From an uncultured Calditrichaceae bacterium (GTDB lineage Bacteria > Calditrichota > Calditrichia > RBG-13-44-9), in contig CAZUZS010000009.1 in the NCBI GenBank assembly GCA_964624795.1, positions 32,361 to 96,360 of the forward strand: 64,000 nt of DNA, in the 5' to 3' direction. The notes below the pieces were generated by a model that made no database searches, was not told the origin of the DNA, and saw only the letters and a program-made list of their open reading frames with translations. This document shows, one piece after another, positions 30,064-38,808 of the stretch (within the stretch, counting starts at the first letter, position 1; every line of letters begins with the position of its first letter). Position numbers and translations under genes: made by a program.

Positions 30064-32754
30064 TTAAAATCTATAACCAATGGAGAGATAAATCAAATCC
30101 CGTTTGCCGGCCAGATGTCCATAAGCAAACCGTATGGGGCCAAATATAGAATTTACGGCGATGTAACTTCCCCAGCTTGTCAGAAAATCGGATCGGCGAA
30201 TGGGATCTTCCGATGTTTCCCACACTGCTCCAACATCAAAGGTCACACCAAAATACAAATCGAGCGGTTTAAACAGCGGACGCAAATTCTGCCGAACTTC
30301 ATTTCTGAAATGAAGGAATTGACGTCCGAATTTTTCATTCTCATAAAGACCGGGAAAGTCTGTCATCCCACCCAGGGTAAAGAATTCCGAAAAAGGAAGG
30401 GTGAGGTCAGCACTACCACCCTCTGCTTTTGCATGGTAATTCAAATGGTGAAACAGGGGATAATAGCCCTCCAGCCCGATATAGAAACGAGTAAATGCCG
30501 TAGACCCGCCCAAAATTCTCTGGTTTCCGCTTTCCCAGAACCAGCGGTTGTAGATCCCTTTGTCGGGAAAAGGCAATTTATCTCGTTTGTCAACCGTAGA
30601 ACGGATGGTGATGGAGCGAATCCGGTAGCGATCCCGATATGGGAAAAGCTCGCTATTCGAATAAACATTTACATGGTCCCAGCGGAGCTCTGCGGTAATT
30701 GAGCCCAAACGCTCAATCTGCTGACCCAGGATGAATTGCACCCCGCGTTTTATGGTCAAATATTCACCCAACCGCTTGAAGTCCCGGTAGTAACGGTCCT
30801 GCCGATCCCGGTAATAAAGAGACAGCCGGTAGGTTAGCAGCGTATTAAACAAACGCACGCTATAAACCCGGAATTCCGCCTGCCGCTCCAGATCGCCAAT
30901 GAGGCCCGAGAGAGAGGCTTTTATTTCACGACCGAAAAGATTATCTTCGGCGAATTCCATGAACGCATTGCCTTTCCTCTCCAGCGATACATTTCCGCCC
31001 AGGCGCATCAAAAAATACTTCTTTTCTTTCACTTTTATGATCAGTCGGTTTCCGGACGGATTGCGGTTGACATTTAACATCACCCGGTCGAACAGCCCTG
31101 TGCTGTAAATGTTTCGAATCCCCTGTACGGCCATATCTGCTTTGAATATTTCGCCTTTCTTTAATGGAAATTCCCTGAGAATAATGCTGTTCTGCGTAAC
31201 GGAATTTCCCTGAATTTGCAGAGCCTCGACATAGCCTTCGTCGATCCGGATTATTAATCGATGAGTGGACTGGTCGAATTTGACCATGGAGATGCGTGCA
31301 AGGGAGTACCCGGATTTTGTATATAGATCGAGCACTCTGTCCAGCCCGGAAAAGAGCAGATTATAATCAAGTATTTCATGCTCTGATATTTTAAATTGAT
31401 TTTCGAGCAGGGAATCGGGCAGGCTGTGACGGCTTTCAAACTCAACGCCCTCTACTGCCGGATTTTCCTTCAGATGGAATTCCACACGGAAAGCGTGAGG
31501 TTCCCCTTTTAGAAGAGCATATGCATCGCCGAATAAGCCACTATTATAAAACCTATACAAATCATGATAAATATCATACTCGTACAGGCTCCGTCCGCTC
31601 TGTGTCTGCATTCCCTTAATAAGCGTGTCCGATGGCACACTGTCACTTCCAATAACCTCGACAGTATCAATTTTGCCTAAGTAATCATTGCTTCCCCACA
31701 AGCTTCCCTGCCGGATTTGTATCAATTTTTTAATGGAATCGATTTTGCCAAGCGTAGCCAGGTATCCGGCATCGATCAGAGAATCGATTGAACTGAAATC
31801 GGAAGCGCCGTGGTTCCCAACCTGCGGCTGGATGAGTATGTCCGCAAGATTCCTGCTCTCCCGGGTGGGTTCGCGCATCATTATTGTTGTTACCTGGTCT
31901 GCAAGCTGCCACGGTGACTTCATCTGATCCGGTGTCCGCAGCGGCGAAGTAACATCCACCGCAATAGTAATATTGGCACCGTCATTAATCGCCACATCTA
32001 CCGGCAGATTGTCCCGAATGCCGCCGTCTGCCAACCACATGTGGTCGAGCTCTACCGGTGCGAACAGCAGCGGTATGGCGCTGCTGGCGCTGATCGCCTC
32101 CGCCAGATCCCCCTTTTTGAGAACCACCCGTCGTCCACTTATCAAATCCGTTGAGACAGCGCGGAATGGAATGCGCAAGTTATCGAAATTGTTTGCAGCC
32201 TGAAATGTTGCCCGCAGGAGGCGCGAGTAGATAATATCGAACATCCTCTGCCCCTGCGAAATTGCGGATGGAATGTAAGGCACGCCATTATCGAAGCGCA
32301 ATTCCAGTATATGCCGCCGGGGATCAGACTTTTGGGACCAAAAGAGGTTGGTTCGATAAGCTTCATCATTAAACAGGTTTGGCCAATTGATCTCATGAAT
32401 TATTTTTGTCACCGTGGAAACATCATATCCTGCGGCGTAAAATCCGCCGATAAAACTGCCTATGCTGCTGCCCACAATGAGATCTATGGGTATGTCGTTC
32501 TCCTCCAGCGCTCTTAAAACGCCAATATGCGCAAATCCGCGCGCGCCGCCGCCGCTTAAAACTAAAGCCACTTTCAAGGTTTTGGGAGATCGGTAGGTGA
32601 GGTTTTCGAGGGGAAATCTTTCCAGCGAATCCGATTGGAGGGTGATTTTCCGTACCACCGGCGAATCCTGAGCCGAAGCCGAAACACCAACCATTAAAAG
32701 AAAAAGCAATAAAAGGGGGCGTGATATATTTCGCAGAAATTCAGACAACTTCAA
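30064..32754 (-). CDS. Patatin-like phospholipase fused to POTRA plus an Omp85 beta-barrel (PlpD / type Vd-like)
   Basis: A signal peptide is followed by the patatin motifs LSGGGARG, GSSIGS (GxSxG) and DGG. POTRA and an Omp85-like barrel follow, ending in ...LSIGYRF with a terminal aromatic. 896 aa. Confidence 0.85.
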   Translation of the reverse strand: MKLSEFLRNISRPLLLLFLLMVGVSASAQDSPVVRKITLQSDSLERFPLENLTYRSPKTLKVALVLSGGGARGFAHIGVLRALEENDIPIDLIVGSSIGSFIGGFYAAGYDVSTVTKIIHEINWPNLFNDEAYRTNLFWSQKSDPRRHILELRFDNGVPYIPSAISQGQRMFDIIYSRLLRATFQAANNFDNLRIPFRAVSTDLISGRRVVLKKGDLAEAISASSAIPLLFAPVELDHMWLADGGIRDNLPVDVAINDGANITIAVDVTSPLRTPDQMKSPWQLADQVTTIMMREPTRESRNLADILIQPQVGNHGASDFSSIDSLIDAGYLATLGKIDSIKKLIQIRQGSLWGSNDYLGKIDTVEVIGSDSVPSDTLIKGMQTQSGRSLYEYDIYHDLYRFYNSGLFGDAYALLKGEPHAFRVEFHLKENPAVEGVEFESRHSLPDSLLENQFKISEHEILDYNLLFSGLDRVLDLYTKSGYSLARISMVKFDQSTHRLIIRIDEGYVEALQIQGNSVTQNSIILREFPLKKGEIFKADMAVQGIRNIYSTGLFDRVMLNVNRNPSGNRLIIKVKEKKYFLMRLGGNVSLERKGNAFMEFAEDNLFGREIKASLSGLIGDLERQAEFRVYSVRLFNTLLTYRLSLYYRDRQDRYYRDFKRLGEYLTIKRGVQFILGQQIERLGSITAELRWDHVNVYSNSELFPYRDRYRIRSITIRSTVDKRDKLPFPDKGIYNRWFWESGNQRILGGSTAFTRFYIGLEGYYPLFHHLNYHAKAEGGSADLTLPFSEFFTLGGMTDFPGLYENEKFGRQFLHFRNEVRQNLRPLFKPLDLYFGVTFDVGAVWETSEDPIRRSDFLTSWGSYIAVNSIFGPIRFAYGHLAGKRDLIYLSIGYRF

Positions 32755-32953
32755 AGTTTATCCTGTTTTGCAGTCTTCAAATTCAAATTTCATTAAATTT
32801 ACATACTGCATCAGGTTAACCCAACTGCAATTATTCAGATTTCACAACATTGGCACTTGGATGTAGGTAACAATATTACGAATTGGTTCAGCATCTCAAA
32901 ACAATATGATTTTCACAAACAACTAAAATAGCACGATTCGGGAGATACCCATC

Positions 32954-35900
32954 TCATTTGGAAGCGTCCGGTTGACGGGATAATGTTTCAAAATACAATT
33001 TTATCAACTCCCGATACTCGGGTGAATATCCCTCCTGCAAGGCTTCCATCAACTCTTTTCGGAGACGATCCTCTTTTTGCAGCAGTGCCTCACGCAGCTC
33101 CGGCGGCGATTTCACAATCGCTTGCTTTTCCCACTCGGCTTGCCGCTTTTTGGAATATTCCTTTTCACGCACCGACTTCTGTGCATCCAGCAAACGGGAA
33201 AGGATACGCTCCTGCCGTTCAATTACTTTTCTATCCAGATTCTGCGCTTTTAGCTGTTTGATGACCTCATCCATCTCGCCACCCAGCTCTCCCAGCCGAC
33301 CTAACACATCCCGTCGATTCCCGTTTTCATCCGTCATTTTTTGCAGGGACTGCCGCACCATTTCCTGCTGGGCGGCGAGGCGCCCCAAATCATCGGAAGA
33401 AAGCTGCAATCGGCCCTGCTGCCCCTTTTGAAAGAGACTCATGCTTTGTTGATTTATTTGTCCCTGTTGCCCGGACATTTGCTGAAGCTGTTGCATAAAT
33501 TCCTGGAAGCCGGAGGCAGAAGAGGCCTGGGACATCTGGCTCATGGAACTTTGCAGTGAAAGTAATGCCCGGTTAAAACCAGCCATCGCCTCCCGCTGCG
33601 GCCTGGCTGCCTGGCGCCCATTGCGATTTTCAAGCTGTTCCAATGAATTATCCATCTTCGATATGATGTCGGCCATAACCTGGTTTAGCTGCGGCGAAAG
33701 GAAAAAAGTTTTATTCGAAATCTGGACCAGTTGTCCGATAATCCGGCGGGTAGCCTCCTGCAATTGTGATTGCTGCCGGGCGATTTCATTGATCTGGGAA
33801 GATGCCGGACTCAATTTTTCCGACTGCCGGGCCAGATTCTCCTGCTGGAAAGACGTTGAAAGCATGTCTTGCATCGCTTTTTGCATTTCGCCCGCTAATT
33901 CCTGTTTCTGCTGCATGTTCATATTCTGGCTGGCCATGTTCAGCATATTTTGCAGCTTCTGCATTTTGGAGCTGATCTGCTGGCCCGACTGCGAAGCTTG
34001 CTGCTGATTTCCGGAGGACATTTGCTGCTGCATCTGCTCCATCGCCTTTTCAATCTGCTCCTGATCCATGAAAGCCTTGGACTTTTCCAGCATTTCGGAC
34101 AACTGCTGCATCATCTCCTGGTAATCCTTGCGCGTCTGGTCGAGCTTGTCTTTCAGGAATTCAGTTTCTTTTTGCAGATTGTTTTCCTTTGTTTCCAGCC
34201 GGTTCATATCTTCCGGTGAGTTCTCTTTTTCAGCCAACTTTTGATTGACCTGGTCCTGCTCCTTCTTGATTTTATCGGCGAGATTAGCCAGCTCGTCCAT
34301 TTTCTGTTCTAACTGAACCCGTTTCAGTAGTTCGTAGGTTCTTTCAATATTCTTTTGAAACTGCTCCATGGAAAGCTGAAATTTTTCCATGGCTTTTTGC
34401 AGCTCACGGGGATCCGACTTCTCCAACGCCTGCCGCAGTTTTTCCATGGCATCCTTGAGCTCCGGCGATGCCAGGTCTTCCATCATCTTCTGGATTTCAA
34501 AATATTTTTCCACCGTTTCGGGGTTCAACATTTTGTTCTGGTCCAACTGCTTCACCACATCTTCCAGGTCCTTCTGAATTTCAGAAAGCTTGTCCATCGC
34601 CTTTCGCTGTTTTTCAAGCTGTTCCTTAATCTGCTGTTTTCTTTCCCAGTTGATGTCTGTTTCTTTCTTCAGCTCGCGATTGATTTCCTCCAGTTTCTTC
34701 TTCAACTCTTTCGATTCGCTGGAAACATCTTTCATCTTTTCCAATTGATCGTCCTGTTGCTGGTCTGCCTGCGACATGATTTCCAGCAACGATGGCAGCC
34801 GGATAGTAAATTCCGCAGTCTTAAAAGACTTGGGACCACTCACGTTATCGTTATCAAAAACTTCCACATAGTAGCGAATGTAATCATCCGGAACCATGTA
34901 GAAAGACGTCAGGTCCCAGGAATTTTCGCTGAAAGCCTTGCCGTTCTCTATTTTCCTATAAGGAAGTTTCATCCGAAAGCTGCTGCTGTCACCTCCCGAA
35001 CCCTGACGAATGACCTGGCCTTTCAACCAGAGACCGGAAAAACCGTAATCGTCTCGCAGTTCAACAAACAGCGGCATTTTAAGCTCATCACCCAAGTCCA
35101 CATCTGCCCCCGGCTGTTTGATTTCCGCGAACGGATATTCATCGCTGAGCGGGAAGATGCTGTATTCTACAGGATCAGAATTTTCGATGCTGTCCGAATC
35201 GAAAATATGGATTGCATAATTCAGGTTTTTGGATACTTTAAAGGCCCCATTCGCCGTATGTCCTGCAACTTGCAAGGGAAGGCGGGTTGAATCACTGAAA
35301 AGAACAAATGCCCCCGAAAGCTGCTTATCGGCTTCGATATGCAGATTTGCCAGGCTTCCCTTCAGCGTGGTGATCTCGCCATCGTTTGGCGGCAGCAATT
35401 TTGCCGGAAGTTTTGAGTAGGCAGGCGGGACAACCTTCACCTGGAGATTGCGAACCATTGGACGCGCGCGTACCACGACCCGCCCGGCAGGTGAAATTGC
35501 AGGCCTGTTGCGAAACCGCGGCTGGCCAATTTCTCCCAGGAAATAGTAGCCGAAGGAATTTCGCACATGATCCAGCTTGTAGTTGAATTGGCCTCCCGGC
35601 CGTACCTGCAAGCTGATTTTATTCACGTTTTGTTTCGAGTCCGACGGCGTCGTTTTTGCGGTATCTTCTATCACCAGGAAAAGATGCTCGGGAGTAACAC
35701 CTTCAAAATTGCCTTGCAGCACAACGGGATCGTTCCGGAGAACTCCAACATCTCCGGAGAGATTATTGAGCTTCACAGGAAGCGGTTCCTGAAAATTTTT
35801 CCAGGGAAGGACCATCTTTCTCAGGGCAAGCTCCACCGGCACCGGAAAAGCAACATAGACAACCAGAAGCGCCGAGAGGGCGGCCAACATGGGGCGGGTA

Positions 35901-36382
35901 TTTGCCAACAACGATTTGTATTTCACAACTTTCCGGAACGAAAGATGGGAGAAACGCTGGAACAATTGGGAAAGCGCCATATTTTTCAGCCTTGCGGAAC
36001 CACCACTGGCGCGATCCTGGTAGATCTGGATGTAATTCAGCAGCGCATCACGAACAGCAGAATCGGTTTGCCCAATGCGCCCCGCGGTATGAAATATTTC
36101 CACCTGTGACGGCGACGAAATTTCGCGAAGCGAAGGATAAATGCGGGTAAATCCGAATATAAAAAACCAGGCCACCAAACCGGCCGCAAAAATCAGCCGA
36201 AATGGCTCGGACACATTAAACAACAGGTTACTCAGAATAAAAAGCAGGGCAGCCGCCAGCGAAATGGAAAGAAAGTAAATGCTGTTCAGAAGTATTTTCC
36301 GCAGGAAAAATCGCCGGTGAACAGAGATGATGTGTTGATATATCCCGCGATATTTTTCGTTGATGTCCGAATCCATATTCAT
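32954..36382 (-). CDS. Large membrane protein (1142 aa) with an N-terminal double-TM anchor, a beta-rich middle domain and a ~500-aa Q/E/K-rich coiled-coil region (possibly DUF4175-like)
   Basis: The TM helices are ILLNSIYFLSISLAAALLFIL and LIFAAGLVAWFFIFGF, with a third, MLAALSALLVVYVAFPV. A long low-complexity coiled coil runs QMQQQMSSGNQQQASQ...MQQKQELAGEMQKAMQ. The C-terminus ends YSPEYRELIKLYFETLSR. Confidence 0.7.
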   Translation of the reverse strand: MNMDSDINEKYRGIYQHIISVHRRFFLRKILLNSIYFLSISLAAALLFILSNLLFNVSEPFRLIFAAGLVAWFFIFGFTRIYPSLREISSPSQVEIFHTAGRIGQTDSAVRDALLNYIQIYQDRASGGSARLKNMALSQLFQRFSHLSFRKVVKYKSLLANTRPMLAALSALLVVYVAFPVPVELALRKMVLPWKNFQEPLPVKLNNLSGDVGVLRNDPVVLQGNFEGVTPEHLFLVIEDTAKTTPSDSKQNVNKISLQVRPGGQFNYKLDHVRNSFGYYFLGEIGQPRFRNRPAISPAGRVVVRARPMVRNLQVKVVPPAYSKLPAKLLPPNDGEITTLKGSLANLHIEADKQLSGAFVLFSDSTRLPLQVAGHTANGAFKVSKNLNYAIHIFDSDSIENSDPVEYSIFPLSDEYPFAEIKQPGADVDLGDELKMPLFVELRDDYGFSGLWLKGQVIRQGSGGDSSSFRMKLPYRKIENGKAFSENSWDLTSFYMVPDDYIRYYVEVFDNDNVSGPKSFKTAEFTIRLPSLLEIMSQADQQQDDQLEKMKDVSSESKELKKKLEEINRELKKETDINWERKQQIKEQLEKQRKAMDKLSEIQKDLEDVVKQLDQNKMLNPETVEKYFEIQKMMEDLASPELKDAMEKLRQALEKSDPRELQKAMEKFQLSMEQFQKNIERTYELLKRVQLEQKMDELANLADKIKKEQDQVNQKLAEKENSPEDMNRLETKENNLQKETEFLKDKLDQTRKDYQEMMQQLSEMLEKSKAFMDQEQIEKAMEQMQQQMSSGNQQQASQSGQQISSKMQKLQNMLNMASQNMNMQQKQELAGEMQKAMQDMLSTSFQQENLARQSEKLSPASSQINEIARQQSQLQEATRRIIGQLVQISNKTFFLSPQLNQVMADIISKMDNSLEQLENRNGRQAARPQREAMAGFNRALLSLQSSMSQMSQASSASGFQEFMQQLQQMSGQQGQINQQSMSLFQKGQQGRLQLSSDDLGRLAAQQEMVRQSLQKMTDENGNRRDVLGRLGELGGEMDEVIKQLKAQNLDRKVIERQERILSRLLDAQKSVREKEYSKKRQAEWEKQAIVKSPPELREALLQKEDRLRKELMEALQEGYSPEYRELIKLYFETLSRQPDASK

Positions 36383-36476
36383 CGATCTTTAATTTGATAA
36401 TTGTTATTTGCCGGCAGAAAGTGCTGGGCGAATCGCAGAGCGCATAAATTCCCGGCTGCTTTGTTTTAGTTGGTTT

Positions 36477-37139
36477 TCAATGGGTTAATGCCCAAACCAG
36501 GATGTTCGTCCCCATTTTCAACGCGTTCTCCCGGATGTCCGGCGGGTCGCCATGAATATCCGGATCCTCGCAGCCGTCGCTGATATCGGTATTGAATGAG
36601 TAAAACGCCACCATCCGTCCATCGTAAAACAGCGCAAAACCGTGGGGCGGACCGCCATCGTGTTTGTGGATTTTGGGCAGTCCGTTGGGAAACTGGAAAA
36701 CGGTATGGTAGATCGGGTTCGAAAAAGGCAGTTCGACCCAGTCGAGCTTGGGGAAAACCCGTTTCATTTCCCGGCGAAACGATATATTCATGCCGTAATC
36801 ATCATCCGCCCAGAGAAATCCACCATGCGTGAGGAATTTGTGCAAACGGGCGATTTCCTCATCCGAGAATTTGATATTTCCGTGCCCTGCCATGTAAATA
36901 ATCGGGTACTTAAAGAAATCGTTGTCCAAAGGGCTGACGGTTACTTCCCGCTCTGCCGTACGAACATTCGTGTGCTGCCCGGCATAGTTAAACAAATTCA
37001 CAAAAGTGGTACGGTTGCCATACCAATCCCCGCCACCCCCGTACTTGACGCGTGCAATAGTTACCGGCTCCTGGGCAGGGAGAACCGCGGGCAGAATTAT
37101 CGCTCCCAACAGCATTATTATCCCTGGTATTCTTCTCAT
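36477..37139 (-). CDS. DUF4159-like secreted protein (class-I glutamine-amidotransferase-like fold)
   Basis: The signal peptide is MRRIPGIIMLLGAIILPAVLPA. The conserved block is IARVKYGGGGDWYGNRTTFVNL...IIYMAGHGNIKFSDEEIARLHKFLTHGGFLWADD. It sits 94 bp upstream of the coiled-coil membrane protein. Confidence 0.6.
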   Translation of the reverse strand: MRRIPGIIMLLGAIILPAVLPAQEPVTIARVKYGGGGDWYGNRTTFVNLFNYAGQHTNVRTAEREVTVSPLDNDFFKYPIIYMAGHGNIKFSDEEIARLHKFLTHGGFLWADDDYGMNISFRREMKRVFPKLDWVELPFSNPIYHTVFQFPNGLPKIHKHDGGPPHGFALFYDGRMVAFYSFNTDISDGCEDPDIHGDPPDIRENALKMGTNILVWALTH

Positions 37140-37439
37140 CACATTATTCCAAAACATGTTACTGGAAAATATACAAAAAATGCGATCAAAACTCAGCTGC
37201 CAAAAACAGCACTCAATGTTAATATCTCCATGTCTGCAAGTCGATCCGGCAGCGCCCTCTTGCAAAAACCGATCGGCCCGCGTTCAATATCTTCAACTAA
37301 CTGAATAAAAGGGAAACAGTTTCGCACCAATTATCAATTTTGGACAAAACAAAAGGGGAAACTGCACAAAACAGACGCTTTCGGAAGGCATCCGATCTGT
37401 TCGATGCAAAATCCCCTTAAGATTGAAAAACAATTCTAT

Positions 37440-37940
37440 TTAAAAGAACAACCTGCTTGCCACCATAACTACCATGGTTACCGAGCCAATTGCCTTCACG
37501 GTCAGTCCGCCAACCCGCCCAAGAATTGCGCCCAGTGTTGCATGAAGGGCATCTTTGAACGATTTGCCGCGGATAAGCTCGATTCCAAGTGTTCCCACGC
37601 TGACCCCGACAAAACCGCCAAGAATGGCGCCCAGAACGGGGCTGAAGAAAAATCCGCTTATACTGCCCAGAATTCCGCCCACAATGGCAGCGACAACACC
37701 CAATTTAGTGGCGCCATATCTTCGCGCACCGAAAGCGATAATGACATATTCCAACAACTCAACAGCTACTGCAATAATAAGAAGCGTAATCAGGAATGAG
37801 GTTGAAAATCGACTGAAGTCGGTTGCCAAACCGTACCAAATTGTATCCAGAACGACAATAAAATTTCCCGGAATGCTCAGAAAATTAGAAAAAATACTAA
37901 ATCCGAGTATTGCAATAAAAACAATCTCTAATACTTCCAT
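37440..37940 (-). CDS. DUF456-like small membrane protein
   Basis: Gly-rich TM helices are GVVAAIVGGILGSISGFFFSPVLGAILGGFVGVSVG. 166 aa. Confidence 0.5.
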   Translation of the reverse strand: MEVLEIVFIAILGFSIFSNFLSIPGNFIVVLDTIWYGLATDFSRFSTSFLITLLIIAVAVELLEYVIIAFGARRYGATKLGVVAAIVGGILGSISGFFFSPVLGAILGGFVGVSVGTLGIELIRGKSFKDALHATLGAILGRVGGLTVKAIGSVTMVVMVASRLFF

Positions 37941-37978
37941 CTATAAATCCTTATAAATTTACGTCCTTGTTTAACAAG

Positions 37979-38731
37979 TCAATCTGCGAATTGTTGCGCA
38001 AATTTTTTTCTGTTTTTTTGACTATTGAGGCCGATTTGGCTGAGGATGGACCGGACACCGAACCAACCGACTTTGGTGAAGCCGTATGCTTCGGTGTTAA
38101 GAAGCTTGTTGATTTTATATGCACCCAGGTGTGGGTTATCGGCAACAATGTGTTTTATCTTCTCTTCCAACGGACGCATGGAAAGCGGTAATTCTCTGCG
38201 ATGATCTCTTACCTCGGCTGATGCTGAAATTGGCTCGACCTTTCCGTCCGGCGCAGAAGCCGATCTTGGCTTTGGCGGCAGATAGGATTCTTCCTCTTCT
38301 TCAGCCGCGGGACTGGCGCTCTGCACCCCGGCAGACTCTCGTATTACGGTAGCGGCTGCTTCCGGCTTTCGTGCAACTTCCTCAAATTTCATTATTGCAT
38401 CTTCTGTGGCATCGTAAACATCCAGTATATGATGAAATTCAAGCAGTTCAAAAATCTCATACACATCGGGAATCATTCGAACCAGTTTAAGGTCGCCGTT
38501 GTGCTCACGGATGGATTTGATTTCGCTGATAAAAATTCCCCAGCCGGCCGAACTGATGTAATCAACGTTTCCAAGGTCGATGATAATGTTATAACGATTT
38601 TGTTTCAGGAGACTATTTAAGGCGCGTTCAACCTCGGAAGATGTGGTCGTATCAATAAAACCTCCAACCTTTATGATGGAGACCTGATTTTGACTTCCCG
38701 CTACCTCAGTCGATACTTGAATGCCTTCCAT
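37979..38731 (-). CDS. STAS-domain (anti-sigma-factor antagonist-like) protein with a C-terminal HTH-like extension
   Basis: The STAS region is VSIIKVGGFIDTTTSSEVERALNSLL...IIIDLGNVDYISSAGWGIFISE. The C-terminal ~90 aa, IKHIVADNPHLGAYKINKLLNTEAYGFTKVGWFGVRSILSQIGL, resembles the HPxxGPRKI...VSxSTVxRIL HTH of IS481-type transposases. Confidence 0.75.
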   Translation of the reverse strand: MEGIQVSTEVAGSQNQVSIIKVGGFIDTTTSSEVERALNSLLKQNRYNIIIDLGNVDYISSAGWGIFISEIKSIREHNGDLKLVRMIPDVYEIFELLEFHHILDVYDATEDAIMKFEEVARKPEAAATVIRESAGVQSASPAAEEEEESYLPPKPRSASAPDGKVEPISASAEVRDHRRELPLSMRPLEEKIKHIVADNPHLGAYKINKLLNTEAYGFTKVGWFGVRSILSQIGLNSQKNRKKFAQQFAD

Positions 38732-38808
38732 TCCATCTTCTCCGCTTTGATGATTGGATTTGAGACAATATTCATAATAATTCGTCTAATATACAGGTGC
38801 AGCTTATA

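Noticed and set aside
34355-35290. 311-aa plus-strand ORF, along with other + strand ORFs between 33 and 36 kb
   Set aside because: It is antisense to the 1142-aa coiled-coil gene. The leucine/phenylalanine-rich sequence is the reverse complement of the E/K/Q-rich repeats.
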